DNA of 64,000 nucleotides from an uncultured Armatimonadetes bacterium (GTDB lineage Bacteria; Armatimonadota; UBA5829; DTJY01): assembly GCA_963717145.1 (NCBI GenBank), contig OY970325.1, positions 3,424,001 to 3,488,000 of the forward strand, read 5' to 3'. Below are positions 28,031 through 38,497 of this stretch, piece after piece; within the stretch, counting starts at the first letter, position 1, and every line of letters starts with the position of its first letter. Made by a program: the position numbers and the translations under genes. Below the pieces are notes generated by a model, which made no database searches, was not told the DNA's origin, and worked only from the letters and a program-made list of their open reading frames with translations.

Positions 28031-29373
28031 ATGAATAAGGTCAGGTTACTCCCGCTTTGTGTGTTGGCCGTCGTTTGCTCTGCGTCTCTGCTCAGTGGGG
28101 CGTATGAGGAGTATGACCCCAAGACGCTGTTGCCCTCCACCTCCGACGTTGTGGCATATGCAAAGCCGGCGGTTGTGTTTATTCACCATCGTGACACGGC
28201 AGGGGTGCATTCCATGGGTACCGGTTTCCTCGTTCACGCGGACGGAACTGTGGTAACCTGCGCGCACGTTGTGGAGCCGAGAACAGAATCGTCTGCAAAG
28301 ACCCCCAAGATTTCTGATAGGATATGGGCGCGACTGTACGACGGTTGCGTCTATGAAGCATCCAGGATATACTGCGACACCGACACAGACATCGCCCTCT
28401 TATCTATCAACGTTCGCGGATACCCATATCTAGACCTCGAAACATCGGTGCCCAAGCTGGGAGAAGAAGCAGTGCTAATCGGGTACCCGCTGGGCGACAT
28501 GCTTGGACAGGAATCGAGTGTCACCAGGGGCATAATCAGCTCCATCCGGTTCTCCAACACAGCTTATCAGTTCGATGCGGCGGTAAACCCTGGGAACTCC
28601 GGAGGGCCTGTGCTGAACAAGAGCGGTGATGTCCTCGGCGTTCTGAGTTTCAAGGTCAAGGGCGCCGAACGGTCTGGCCTTCGCAGTCGCCTCCTCGCTT
28701 CTACCTATAGAAGCGTCAAGGGATGGTTTCAAGCGGATTCCGCAGCCGCAGAGCCCCGGGGTCAATGCGGACTTCTACCGATTCGACCAGTTCCTGGGTA
28801 GACGTAGCCACATGGTGCACAATACCCGTTCCCCGCTGCATAGGGCGGCGGATGCGGGTGAATTGGAGCAAGTCCGCAGGCTGTTGGCCGGAGGGCAGAG
28901 TGCTAATGTGAAGGGTACTGACGGCCAAACACCGCTTCATTACGCAGCGTTGCTGAATCTTAACATCGACAAGGTAGATAAGACCTATAAAGCCGACAAA
29001 CTCGAGATAGCTAGACTGTTGATAGGCAGGGGGGCGGATGTAAATGCCAAGGATGACGGGGGGAAACCAGCCCATCCACCGTGCAGGAATGACGGGCTTC
29101 TTTGATTGCGCACAATTGCTTGTCAATGCTGGGGCAAGCATAAACAGCAAGGACCCGATAGGACATACACCCTTGAGGTGGGGGGTTATAATCGGGGACG
29201 ACAGAATGGTAGGTCTGTACCTCGACTTGGGCGCTAGTGTGAACGTATCGGATATGTTGGGCAAGACGCCCCTCGCACAGGCCACTGAGTCCTTGAAGGA
29301 TGCGACAGGCGAACGTGCCGAGAAGCTGAAGATTATCATCCAAATGCTGAAGGACCACGGGGCCACCGAATAG
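28031..29373 (+). CDS. Trypsin-like (S1C) serine protease fused to ankyrin repeats (two frameshifts)
   Basis: TCAHV, DIALL, NPGNSGGP triad. Removing one base at about 28670 and one in G6 29058-29063 gives a continuous frame through the G.TPLH.A ankyrin repeats. Confidence 0.7.
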
Positions 29374-29500
29374 CCTGAGTCGCATGGGATGGGGCGTCCA
29401 GTCTATGGGTGCCGGTGTATGAAGGCATGTATCGAAGGATGTTCTTGCTGCAGGAGGCCGTCCTTCGATACACGCCCAGAGGCGCACTCAGGACTGACGG
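29372..29500. repeat. Degenerate CCTGAG..TCGAAGG palindromic element
   Basis: tgtatcgaagga...tccttcgatacacgcc...gcgcactcaggactgacgg matches the 16283 family. Confidence 0.75.
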
Positions 29501-29515
29501 TTATTGACCTGTCTC

Positions 29516-30901
29516 TTACTTCAGGTTGGGATCGTATGCCGGGTTCGGGGTCGGCATGGGGGCGTCGACGGATTTGCGCCAGGCGGCGAGCTTCTTCCTG
29601 AGTTCCTCGGCCTTTTCGGGGACCTGCTGCGCCAGATCGCAAGTCTCGCTGAGATCGTTCCCCAGGTTGTACAGCTCGACTCGGCCGCCGTCTTCGAAGT
29701 ACTCGATCAGCTTCCAGTCGCCGGACCGGACCGCGCCGCCGGGGAATGCGCCCGCGGGATGGTAGTGCGGGTAGTGCCAGTAGATGTCCTTCCGCTCGAG
29801 TTTGCCCTTCTGCTTCAGGAGCGGGACGAAGCTGACGCCGTCCTTCGCGGTCTCAGCGCCTTTCTTGATGCCGGCGATCTCAAGGAGCGTGGGGAAGAAG
29901 TCGGTGCTAATCACGACGCCGTCGCAGGTCGTGCCGGGCTTCACGACTCCCGGCCAGCGCACGAACATCGGCTCGCGGATTCCGCCCTCGTAGAGCATGC
30001 ACTTCCCACCTCGGAGCGGCGCATTGGAGGTCGAGCTGAGAAGGCCGCCGTTGTCCGACATGAAGACCACCACCGTGTTATCGGTCAGCTTCAGGTCGTC
30101 GAGCTTCTTCATCAGCCGTCCGATGTTCTTGTCGGCATTCTCGATCATGGCCGCGTACACCGGCTTGCTCTGGACCGTGTCTGAGCCAGCCTTCTTCGTG
30201 TACTTTGCGACCAGTTCTTCCGGCGCCTGGAGCGGGGTGTGGACCGCGTGGTGTGGCAGATAGAGGAAGAACGGCGTGTCCTTGTTCCGATCGAGGAATT
30301 TCAGAGCCTCGTCCGTCAGGCGATCGGTCAGATATTCACCGTCCGGGCCGTCGGGGAGCGTGGTGATATTGAAGGGGTCGAAGTAGCTCGGCGGGCTGCC
30401 CCTGTGCGTGCCGCCGACATTTACATCGAAGCCCTGCTTGTCGGGATAGAACGGCTCCGTGCCGAGGTGCCACTTGCCGATGCTTCCTGTGGCGTACCCG
30501 TTCGCCTTGAGCACCTCGGCGATGGTGACCTCCTCGAGCGGAAGTTCCTGATGGAATGCGGGAACGAGCAGCTTCGGGTTCTGCTTCTTGTGGCCGGCGA
30601 TCCAGTCGGTGAGTTTGAGGCGGGCGGGGTACTTGCCGGTCATGATGCTGGCGCGCGTCGGGGAGCAGACGGGGCATGCGGCATAGGCGTTCGTGAACCT
30701 CATGCCCTGCCCGGCGAGCTTGTCGATGTTCGGCGTCTCGTGGTACGTGCTGCCGTAACAGCCCAGGTCGGCCCAGCCCATGTCGTCCATCAGGATGAAG
30801 ACGAAGTTCGGCTTCCGAGCGGCTTCCGCGGATCCAAGACCGCCGAATCCGCCGATCAGTGCCGCCGCCCCGAGTCCACTCAGGAATTCACGTCTGTTCA
30901 T
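29516..30901 (-). CDS. Tat-exported sulfatase
   Basis: MNRREFL, DDMGWAD, CSPTRASIMTGKYP, GKWHLG, SDNGG. Confidence 0.93.
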   Translation of the reverse strand: MNRREFLSGLGAAALIGGFGGLGSAEAARKPNFVFILMDDMGWADLGCYGSTYHETPNIDKLAGQGMRFTNAYAACPVCSPTRASIMTGKYPARLKLTDWIAGHKKQNPKLLVPAFHQELPLEEVTIAEVLKANGYATGSIGKWHLGTEPFYPDKQGFDVNVGGTHRGSPPSYFDPFNITTLPDGPDGEYLTDRLTDEALKFLDRNKDTPFFLYLPHHAVHTPLQAPEELVAKYTKKAGSDTVQSKPVYAAMIENADKNIGRLMKKLDDLKLTDNTVVVFMSDNGGLLSSTSNAPLRGGKCMLYEGGIREPMFVRWPGVVKPGTTCDGVVISTDFFPTLLEIAGIKKGAETAKDGVSFVPLLKQKGKLERKDIYWHYPHYHPAGAFPGGAVRSGDWKLIEYFEDGGRVELYNLGNDLSETCDLAQQVPEKAEELRKKLAAWRKSVDAPMPTPNPAYDPNLK

Positions 30902-30943
30902 AGGAAACCTCCCACTTCAACCCTTTGCGCACCAACAACCGTG

Positions 30944-31046
30944 AGTCCTGAGTGCGCCGGTGAATGACGGCGTGTATCGAAGGACGGCTCGGTGGAGTAA
31001 GGCCGCCCTTCGATACACGCCGTCATTCACCGGCGCACTCAGGACT
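30944..31046. repeat. CCTGAG..TCGAAGG palindromic element
   Basis: Arms near-identical to 16283-16414 with a different loop. Confidence 0.93.
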
Positions 31047-31079
31047 AGACGGTGCCTATCCCATTACTCCACCACTCCC

Positions 31080-31583
31080 TCACTCCACTCCCACGTTCTC
31101 CGCGATGCGGTCGACGACCTGCTGGTGTGAGAGGTCGGAACAGTCGAGAATCACGTCGGCGTATCGTTCATAGAGCGGCAGTCGCTCCGCGTACATGTCG
31201 CGGAATGTCTGCGGGGATGGCAGCACGACACCCCGCGTGTCGAGGTCCTCGATCCGGCGGAGGAGAACCTCGCAGGGCAGGTTGAGGAAGACGACCCTGC
31301 CGATCGACCTCAGGTGAGCCATCGCCACCGGGCTGTAGACGACGCTCCCGCCGGTCGCGATCACATGCCGACCGAGGTCGAGCGCCAGGATGTGCCGCTC
31401 CTCGATCTCGCGGAAGGCATCCGTACCCTCGGCATCAAGGATCGCCTGCAGGCGGCGTCCCTCCGCGGCCTGGATCAGGATGTCGGTATCGGCGAACGGC
31501 ATCGAGAGCGCCTTCGCGAGGAGCACTCCGACGGTGCTCTTACCGACGCCCGGCGGCCCGATGAGAATGACGTTTCCGTTCAT
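31080..31583 (-). CDS. aroK: Shikimate kinase
   Basis: GPPGVGKS P-loop, DTD, FREIE, IATGGS, R.PLY. Confidence 0.88.
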   Translation of the reverse strand: MNGNVILIGPPGVGKSTVGVLLAKALSMPFADTDILIQAAEGRRLQAILDAEGTDAFREIEERHILALDLGRHVIATGGSVVYSPVAMAHLRSIGRVVFLNLPCEVLLRRIEDLDTRGVVLPSPQTFRDMYAERLPLYERYADVILDCSDLSHQQVVDRIAENVGVE

Positions 31584-33570
31584 CCGTCGAGTTCCTTCAA
31601 GACCATCACGCCATACGGCGGGACGTCGATTCCGCCCTCATGCTCCCTGCCGGTCAGCAGATCGACCACCGGCCCGCGAGTCACCAGTCCGCCGGCGCGG
31701 TTCTCGACCTCGACGACCACCATGCCCCGGCCCGAGTCGCCCTCGCGCGGCACGACGATGAGGCTCTCGGTCGCTTCGGCGGTGCGATGGATCCCCGCCG
31801 TCTGACCGATTGCTGCGAGCAGGAGTTGCAGGTCCTTCGGCTGAGGCATCGTGCCCAGCACGACGATCTGTCCCTTGCCCATCTTGCGCTGTGCGACTGC
31901 CGCGAGCCCCTTCATCGGGCCCTCGGTGTATGTGGCGAGCGCCGCTGCCCCCTGAGTTCGAAGCTGTCGTACTGCACCGAGCCCTGCGACTCCCGACCGT
32001 CCGACCACCGGATGCCGAACTCGCGCGGCTCGCCGGGGATCTCGTACTTGCAGTAGATGCCGGCCCATTCCTCGAGGCTGCCGAATGGGGCATGCGTGAA
32101 CTTCGCGGCGTCGGCGGTTCGGATGTCGGACATCGGCCCGACGAGCCATGTGCCGCCCGCCTCGATCCACGCCTTCAGCCGCTCGCGGAGGTCGGCCTCG
32201 TCGAGGGAGAGCAGGAACGGGCTGAAGATCATCCGGTAGTCGCTGAGATCTGTGGGCGGCAGGATGACATCAGGCCTCAGTTGCGCCTGGATGATCGGGC
32301 GGTATACCCGATCCATGAACGCGCCGGTGTAATTGAACCCATTGATCAGCGGCTGCCACTCGGAGATCCATGAGGACTTGTGCGAGTAGTGCAGCCCGAG
32401 CCCCGACTTCGACGGTCTCGTGCCGTTCAGGAACTCGGCGGCGGCCTCGAAGCCCCTGGATACCTCCTGCACCTCGACCGTGGTGTGCATCGGACGCCCC
32501 TGGCTCGTGACGACCGCGCCGTGCATCAGCTCCTGGCCGCTCCAGTGCTGCCGCCAGAGCCAGTAGAGGTTCGCCTCGCCGCCCAGCGCGATCGGCAGCC
32601 AGGTGTTGGCGCGGCAGAAGCCCGGCTCGCGGTATCCGTTCGTCGCGATCGAGCCGTTCCAGCAGGTCTGAGTCTCGGTGTTCCAGAACGGCGCGCGCTT
32701 GATCGGCCTGCAGAGGTCGAACCAGAACGCCGCCTGCCAGAGGTTCTCCATGACGTTGTAGTGGTTGAACTGCACCACGTCGAGCGCCTTGTTCATGTCG
32801 CCGTAATCCACGCCGTGTGTCGGCATCATGTCGGTGCCGATGGGATGCTTCGTGAGCCGGTGGAGGATATCCGCCTGGTGCTTCACGAACTCGACGTAGG
32901 AGTCGCTGTTGAAGGCCGCCCACGCGGTCAGCAGAGACGGATGATGCCAGGTATCCGGATCGGGGATCGGGAGCTGATCGAACGACTGGTAGGTCTGGCT
33001 CCAGAGGTCGGTCCCCCACGCGTCGTTGAGCGCCTCGATCGTGCCGAACCGCGCCTTCATCGCCTCGCCGAACTTCGTGCGGCAGACCGGGCAGACGCAC
33101 GACCGCTCCCAGGTCAGCGGACTGACCTCGTTGTCGATCTGCCAGCCGATGATCCGCTCGTCCTGGCCGAACTCCTCCGCCATCTTCGTCGCGATCCGGC
33201 CGCAGTGGTCGCGGTAGACCGGGCTGTTCGGGCAGGTATGCCGCCGAGCGCCGTGGTAGGTCGCCTTCCCATCCGCGCGGACGAAGAGGACCTCGGGGTA
33301 CTTCTCGACGAGCCAGATCGGCGGGGTGCAGGACGGCGTGCACATGATGACGGATATCCCGGCCGCGCCGAGCTTCTCGACGACGAGGTGCAGCCAGTCG
33401 AAGTCGTACCGGCCTTCCTCGGGCTCCATGCGGCTCCAGGCGAACTCGCCGATCCGCATGACGTTCATGCCCGCGTCCTTCATTAGGGCGATGTCGGCGT
33501 CGATCTGTTCGAGCGGCCAGTCCTCGGGGTAGTATGCGGCCCCCAGATACGGCGGATTGCTTGGTTTCAC
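31580..33570 (-). CDS. Beta-galactosidase GH42 (one frameshift)
   Basis: GAAYYPEDW, GEFAWS..EP.EG, WQIDNE. One more base in C5 31948-31952 joins the tail ending at 31580 (ATGA overlap with aroK). Confidence 0.88.
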
Positions 33571-33595
33571 GGTAAACCTCCAATTGTCAGACAGG

Positions 33596-34471
33596 TCAGA
33601 CCGGTCCGACGAAGTGTGTTATCGGCGGGTTCTTCGGCGGGGAGGCCCGGTACTTGAACCTCGGATATCCGAGCGCGATCGCCGAGAAGACCTTGTGGTC
33701 CTTCGGGATGCCCGCCAGCGCCTTCATCCTCAGGTCCTTGTTCATCGGCTCGAAAACGAACCCGATCACGCACGCTCCGAGGCCGAGCGTCTCTGCCGCG
33801 AGCAGAATGTTCTCCGCATTGAAGACGGCATCCATCGGCGCACAGATATCCCATTTCGGCGCGTGGAGCAGGATGAGACACGGCGCATTGTAGATCATCA
33901 TGTCGCGCCCCCGGGCCTGCAATTCGAGCATCCAATCCATCAGCGGAACGAACGGCGCGATGCTCTCGTACATCCGACGCGCGGTCAGGCGCATGAGACC
34001 CTTGAGGAGCGGATTCTTCATCATGCGGGCCATCTTCCCAACCGCGATCGCCGCCCGTTCGGAGATCCCTTGTAGTGCCGCCGGATCGGTGACAGCAGTG
34101 TACTCGACGCTCTGGTTGTTGAGCGAACTCGGCGCTTCGACCGCCGCGAGGAGCAGCTTCTCGATCTCCGACCTCGGCACGGGATCGGGCTTGAACTCCC
34201 GACGCGACCGGCGCATCTTCAGGAACTTGAGGAACTGCTCGAAGCTCGGCCTTGCGGACTGATCCAACTTCTCGAACTGCGACGAATCGAGCGCGGAGTG
34301 GCTCATCGCGCCGGTCGGGCAGAAGGCGACGCAGTGCCCGCAGGCGAAACAGCTCGATCCATCGGCGGAATGAACCTTGCCGTCATCGCCCCGCTCGAAG
34401 TTCCCGAGCACGCAGATCTCCAGGCACAGCATGCACCCGTTGCACTTCTCAGCGTCGACTGTGATTGCCAT
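33596..34471 (-). CDS. Nitroreductase with N-terminal 2x[4Fe-4S] ferredoxin domain
   Basis: CxxCxxCxxxC twice, RRSRREF, APS..N.Q, LGLGAC, ALGYP. Confidence 0.9.
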   Translation of the reverse strand: MAITVDAEKCNGCMLCLEICVLGNFERGDDGKVHSADGSSCFACGHCVAFCPTGAMSHSALDSSQFEKLDQSARPSFEQFLKFLKMRRSRREFKPDPVPRSEIEKLLLAAVEAPSSLNNQSVEYTAVTDPAALQGISERAAIAVGKMARMMKNPLLKGLMRLTARRMYESIAPFVPLMDWMLELQARGRDMMIYNAPCLILLHAPKWDICAPMDAVFNAENILLAAETLGLGACVIGFVFEPMNKDLRMKALAGIPKDHKVFSAIALGYPRFKYRASPPKNPPITHFVGPV

Positions 34472-34510
34472 GGGCTAAGGATACCACGGGTCGGCTTTGC
34501 AGGGGAAGAC

Positions 34511-34617
34511 CCTTTGGAGTGCGGACCGGGAGGGCGAAGCTCCGTCTGAGCCGGGTTCTACGTCGGGTGCCGCCCGGCTCAGACGGAGCTTCGCCCTCCC
34601 GGTCCGCACTCCAAAGG
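34511..34617. repeat. Perfect 45-bp-arm palindrome with CTTTGGAGTGCG/CGCACTCCAAAG ends
   Basis: Arms 34511-34555 and 34573-34617. Confidence 0.95.
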
Positions 34618-34632
34618 TGGTATAATCCCCCT

Positions 34633-35626
34633 ATGCGTGACGAACTGCTCCGACTACCGAAGATCGATCTCCACCGCCACCTGGAAGGCACGGTGAGGCC
34701 CGCCACCATCGCCGATATCTGCCGCGACCGGGGTGTGCCGCTCCCCACATACGACCCGGACGAACTCGCGAAGATCGTACAGCTATCCGGGCCGGTCGCC
34801 GACCTGGGCGAGTTCCTCATCCCGTTCCGCACGGTCAAGATGTGCTTCATCGACCGCGAGGCGATCGCCCAGATCGCGTTCGAGGCGGTCGAGGATGCTC
34901 ACCTCGACAACATCAGCTACGTCGAGCTGCGGTTCAGCCCGGAGTTCATGGCGTTCTACTACGAGCTGGAACTGACCGATGTCATGGACGGCATCGTGGA
35001 GGGGATCGAGTCCGCCGCGCGACGATATCCCGACACCACGGCGAAGATGATCGTGAGCATCAGCCGCGATCTCTCGGAGGAGACGATGCACATGCCCTGG
35101 CCGAATCCGGTCGAGATCGCGCGCCTCGCCCTCGACTACGCCGATCGCGGCGTCGTCGGCCTCGACATCGCCGGCCGCGAGGATGGATACCCCCCGGAGC
35201 TGTTCGTCGATCCGTTCCGCATGATCCGCGATGCCGGCCTCGGGGTCACGGTCCACGCCGGTGAGGACGCCGGGCCCGAGAGCGTCCGAGGCGCGATCGA
35301 ATCGCTCGGGGCGACGCGGATCGGGCACGGGGTGAGGGTCGTGGGCGATCCGGAGGTCGTGGCGCTGGTAAAGGATCGCGGAGTCTACCTGGAGTTGTGC
35401 CCGACGAGCAACGTGATGACGAGGGCGGTCGAGTCGCTCGAAGAAACATCCGGTCCGACGCCTCTACGACGCCGGCGTCCCGATCACGATCAACACCGAC
35501 GACCCGTCGGTCTGCGCGACTACCCTCACGCGCGAGTACGAATTGCTCGTCGATCACTTCGGGTTCACACTGGGGGAGATAGAGGGCCTGATTGACGCTG
35601 CGAAGAGAGCGGCATTCTGGACGTAG
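34633..35626 (+). CDS. add: Adenosine deaminase (one frameshift)
   Basis: LPKIDLHRHLEG, TVHAGE, RIGHG, LELCPTSN. Deleting one A at 35444-35446 restores HP..INTDDP. Confidence 0.9.
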
Positions 35627-35647
35627 ATTGCGGCGCTCTACGTGCAT

Positions 35648-36146
35648 CTAGTCGGGCAGGGCTCTGTACCATCTCAGTATCAGATAGTAAGAGATCGACC
35701 CGTAGGCGAACAGAGCCACGACCAGCGCTCCCGTAGTGCTACCACACCAAGGCCAACCGAGCCTATAGGTGGAGCATATCAGATCGCTCGTTCCGTAAGT
35801 AAGAAGAATAGCCGTGAAGCCTGTCAGTGCGGAGACAATTCTGGCTGAGCGGTATCTGCCTGATACCCGAAATCGCTCTCGATCGCCACCTGAGCCCACA
35901 AGCGCCAACATCATGAACGGAATGACCAGCAGGGAAATGCCTATCCCTCCTACTAACGCCCCCGCTGCCAAACCTGTGAGAAGATCGATGACCCCCGGCC
36001 TCATCTCCCTGAAGTATGGGACTAACACCCACAGGAGTACGAGCACGAACATCCATGATGAGAAGAATGTTGAAGCCGAGCACATCTTGCCTGATGTCCG
36101 CGTAGTCCGCTTTGCCGGGCTGGTACGGAGCATTCTCTCCGTGCAT
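35648..36146 (-). CDS. Hypothetical membrane protein (probable frameshift near 36053)
   Basis: AAAGGAG before ATG 36146. Several hydrophobic segments in the downstream frame. Confidence 0.5.
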
Positions 36147-36217
36147 GGTTCTGCTCCTTTCGACTGTCGTGCTCCCGCGATCCAGTGCGGTCACATCCTC
36201 CACACAAACACGCGAGG

Positions 36218-38017
36218 TCAATCCTTGAAGCGGTCGAGTTCGACGATGCAGGCGCCGCGGCTGAAGGTGACGCCACGGCGCTGGTCGCAGGGGTACTTGA
36301 GGGCGTTGTCGAGGTTGATCCGCATCTCGAACGCCGCCTTGCGCTCCGGTGATCCCTCGGGGGAGGAGCTTTCCAGGTCATCCAGTATCGCCCTGTAGCC
36401 CATGAAGTTCTCCAACTTCCCGTAGTAGTGCTTGTCGAGGTACCCGCAGAACGCTTCCTCGTCCTCGGCGCATATCAGAAACGCCGCGTAGCCTCCGACT
36501 CCCGCGCCCATGAGCTTGCCCCCGAGGAACCCCGGTCCGCCGTGGGCGATCTCGAACAGCAGGTCGAACTGAGCGTTGCTGACCCGGAAGTCCTCGCGCA
36601 GGGTCGCCTGAATGCCGTCCATCAGCGAGCCGATTTGCCGCCGATATTCATCGTATTCGTGCGAATCGACGCTGATCTCCCCGGATTCCAGCCGGGAATG
36701 GGCCTCGTTCAGGATGCGCTCAATGCTCCGACCGATGAGGTTCTGCCTGTGGAAGAACTCCGCCGCGCTCCGGACCCGGTAGCCGCGCTCGTCGGCATTC
36801 GGGACGGGGAAGTCACGAGCCATCGACTCCTCGCTGCGGCCCAGGATGCGCCCGGCGTCCGCGGGCATGATCTCCTCGGGGAGCAAGCCTATCAACTCCT
36901 CGATCGCCTGGTCCGGCGCCCCGAGCAGGTCCTCCGCCAGACTGCCGAGGTGATTGTATCGTGCTCTGATCGAATCCCACAATTCGGGGCGTGATCCGAG
37001 GAGCGGGGCTTCGCGCTCGCCGTAGTGGCCGTGCCTCGGTGCCGGCCTGTCTCCGTCGGAGGCCGGCTCAGAGGCACGGCCACTACTCTCTATGATCTCC
37101 AGCAGCATCTCGTCCGCCAGGTTCATCCATCCCTTGCGAAGGCCGATGATGCGCCTGGCCCCGAGGTACGGGCTGACCTCCCAGAGCGAATTGGCGATCA
37201 CGACCTTGACCCCATGGAGCGGAGGAAGCGGCGTGCACTCGATCGGCCTCTTCGAGTGCCGGTTGTAGAGCAGGCCGTTCGGCTCGTTGCGCAGGATGGT
37301 GGTCTGATCGTTCGCCCCACCCCGCGTGCCGACGTACCATTCGGCCTCGCCGAGGAGATTGCAGACCTCGCCGTCGGTCCACGCGGGTAGCTGCTCCTTG
37401 TTCGCCAGGTAGAGGGCCAGGAACGCGAGCACGATGATCGCGGAGGACGAACTCATGCCGGTCCGAAGCGGAAGGCTGCTCGGGCCGAACGTCATATCGA
37501 CGCCGCGAAGGAACAGGTCGGGCGACTCCCATGCCACTCGCAGGAACGGGCTTCGGATGTAGTTCAGCCACTCGTTGCGAGCGTGCCCGTGGTGCGGAAA
37601 TATCTTCGTGCGCGAACGCCAATCGTCGGGGAGGCCGATATCCGAATCCCAGGGCGCGCTGCGGAACAGGTCGATCTGCTCCGATATGCAGAAGCGTCCG
37701 GGCGGGAACATCGGGTAGGCGTTCACGGCCGTCACCATGTCGTCGTCCCGGAGGCTGATCGCCACCGGGATATCACCGTCGATCGTGGTGGAGATGTGGT
37801 CGCCCGCGCAGAGGTCCATGTATTCGTGGAAGGCGTTCAGTCGTCCCGGCGCGCGGAGGAGATACGTCGGCTGCTCGGCGAATCGAGCGGCGTGGATGCG
37901 CATGGTGGCGATCATCCGCTCGCGCTGGCGGGAGACGTACTCAGTGTCCGAATTGGCGTAGATCGACTCGCCGAGGTATTGTATCAGCTCGTCGGATCCC
38001 CGCTTCAGAATCTTCAC
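36218..38017 (-). CDS. Divergent galactokinase-like GHMP kinase
   Basis: APGRLN, LP...GMSSSSA, GG.NDQ, GGKLMGAG.GG. Confidence 0.75.
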   Translation of the reverse strand: MKILKRGSDELIQYLGESIYANSDTEYVSRQRERMIATMRIHAARFAEQPTYLLRAPGRLNAFHEYMDLCAGDHISTTIDGDIPVAISLRDDDMVTAVNAYPMFPPGRFCISEQIDLFRSAPWDSDIGLPDDWRSRTKIFPHHGHARNEWLNYIRSPFLRVAWESPDLFLRGVDMTFGPSSLPLRTGMSSSSAIIVLAFLALYLANKEQLPAWTDGEVCNLLGEAEWYVGTRGGANDQTTILRNEPNGLLYNRHSKRPIECTPLPPLHGVKVVIANSLWEVSPYLGARRIIGLRKGWMNLADEMLLEIIESSGRASEPASDGDRPAPRHGHYGEREAPLLGSRPELWDSIRARYNHLGSLAEDLLGAPDQAIEELIGLLPEEIMPADAGRILGRSEESMARDFPVPNADERGYRVRSAAEFFHRQNLIGRSIERILNEAHSRLESGEISVDSHEYDEYRRQIGSLMDGIQATLREDFRVSNAQFDLLFEIAHGGPGFLGGKLMGAGVGGYAAFLICAEDEEAFCGYLDKHYYGKLENFMGYRAILDDLESSSPEGSPERKAAFEMRINLDNALKYPCDQRRGVTFSRGACIVELDRFKD

Positions 38018-38107
38018 TCAGTTCGAGCGACGGCATCGGTACGCCGCCGAAAGCGAACGGCCGGCTCATGCTGGTTTGCTCCCCTGACGCCAGATTGTGG
38101 TGGACTC

Positions 38108-38136
38108 AGTATAGTACCGGATCGCCCGAGTGTCAA
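38108..38136 (-). promoter_or_regulatory. Sigma70 promoter of the GHMP kinase gene
   Basis: TTGACA-17 nt-TATACT on the minus strand. Confidence 0.75.
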
Positions 38137-38144
38137 TCAGTCTT

Positions 38145-38459
38145 TGGAGTGCGCAGACGGGAAACACGAATGGCACGAATGGACGAATGACCGGAAGGGA
38201 AAGACCGGATCGTGGTCATCGGAAGTTCTGTTGGCAACCACATAGCTCATATTCATGCGCTGCCGTCACACGAATGGAAGGCGAATTGACTGCATGTGGG
38301 CGCGGGATTGGCCTGTATTCGCTTCCCCATTCGTGTACTGCCACCGCATGAGCATGACCTATCTCCTCGTCAACAAAGCCACGGCTGAGCACTCTCTGGT
38401 TTCAATCCCCCCTTATTCGTCCATTCGTGCGATTCGTGTTTCTCCGCTTCCGCACTCCA
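38145..38459. mobile_element. MITE-like element with GAAACACGAAT.GCACGAATGGACGAAT inverted ends
   Basis: 28-bp inverted repeats 38161-38188 and 38415-38442 (1 mismatch) inside TGGAGTGCG/CGCACTCCA. Sister element at 42204-42488. Confidence 0.65.
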
Positions 38460-38497
38460 TATAGAGGACTGAAGGTCGATATGCCGAACAGAACAGC

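Noticed and set aside
31948-31952. Programmed frameshifting in GH42, add, nagZ or the GH-D-like gene
   Set aside because: Breaks are single indels in short homopolymers of ordinary enzymes, with no slippery heptamer plus structure. Sequencing error is simpler.
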